A stretch of DNA of 59,033 bases, the filler included. It is 5 parts of 5 records of this genome, joined end to end, with 100 filler letters (N's around TTAATTAATTAA, not from the genome) between each part and the next. Parts side by side here need not be neighbours in the genome. Positions count along the whole stretch, not along the records: positions 42,290 to 59,033 come from SRR20825006_1254; 4 more parts are not named here. One strand, written 5' to 3'. This document shows positions 58,815 to 59,033 of this stretch, one piece after another. The notes beneath the pieces were generated by a model that worked only from the letters and a program-made list of their open reading frames with translations, did no database searches and had not been told where the DNA came from. Every line of letters starts with the position of its first letter. Within the stretch, counting starts at the first letter, position 1. A program made the position numbers and the translations under genes.

Positions 58815-59033
58815 GCACTGTCCTGCGCGAAGAAACTCCATCCGTGGAGTTGGCGCCCCTGGCGAGGGTTTTTACGGGCCTCGCTCGTTGCCTCGCACCA
58901 TATCGCAGGTGCGCCATGGCCACGAGCCCCGAGACTTTGCCACGACTCGCGCGCTTACGCCAGCCGTTGCGCACGCCTGGATATGTGACTAAATCGTGGT
59001 GCGTGAAAGTGAAGCAAGAGTGATGCGAAGGAT

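Overview
This window is not one locus. It is five unrelated bacterial contigs joined by identical 100-nt spacers (44 N + TTAATTAATTAA + 44 N), so gene adjacency across spacers is meaningless. Taxonomic labels below are inferred from gene content and style, not from searches. Segment 1 (1-11809, gammaproteobacterial, Cellvibrionales-like) holds partial rimO, a HAD dehalogenase, an exported hydratase-like protein, rluA, pycR-pycAB, a Fur-boxed candidate sRNA, a TonB-dependent receptor with a START-like partner, and a truncated tRNA-Arg. Segment 2 (11910-23243, Alcanivorax-like) holds ccmFGHI, adk, a 1.2-kb ORF-poor gap, a histone H1-like protein, bfd-bfr, tRNA-Arg and oadGAB. Segment 3 (23344-35423, Thalassospira-like) holds tusA-like and GNAT genes, a coupled EAL-GGDEF-DUF2336 operon, a second GGDEF, a SPOR protein, a LonC-type protease and a MocR regulator. 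Segment 4 (35524-42189, alphaproteobacterial) is the end of an integrative element (RHH gene, tyrosine integrase, tRNA-Ser-type att site), followed by a membrane-anchored HEPN-like gene, a P-loop kinase-like gene and a TRAP-TAXI transporter. Segment 5 (42290-59033, Bradymonadia/Myxococcota-like) holds a PepSY-TM gene, ALDH-oleA-oleB without oleCD, several lipoproteins, an acyltransferase, a Ppm1-like glycosyltransferase, an FHA-sigma54 activator and a Ser/Thr kinase. The best candidates for undescribed biology are the Fur-controlled ~110-nt sRNA (8187-8296), the TM-HEPN plus kinase pair beside a tandem att junction (37660-39470), the EAL-GGDEF-DUF2336 module and the oleAB-only cluster.
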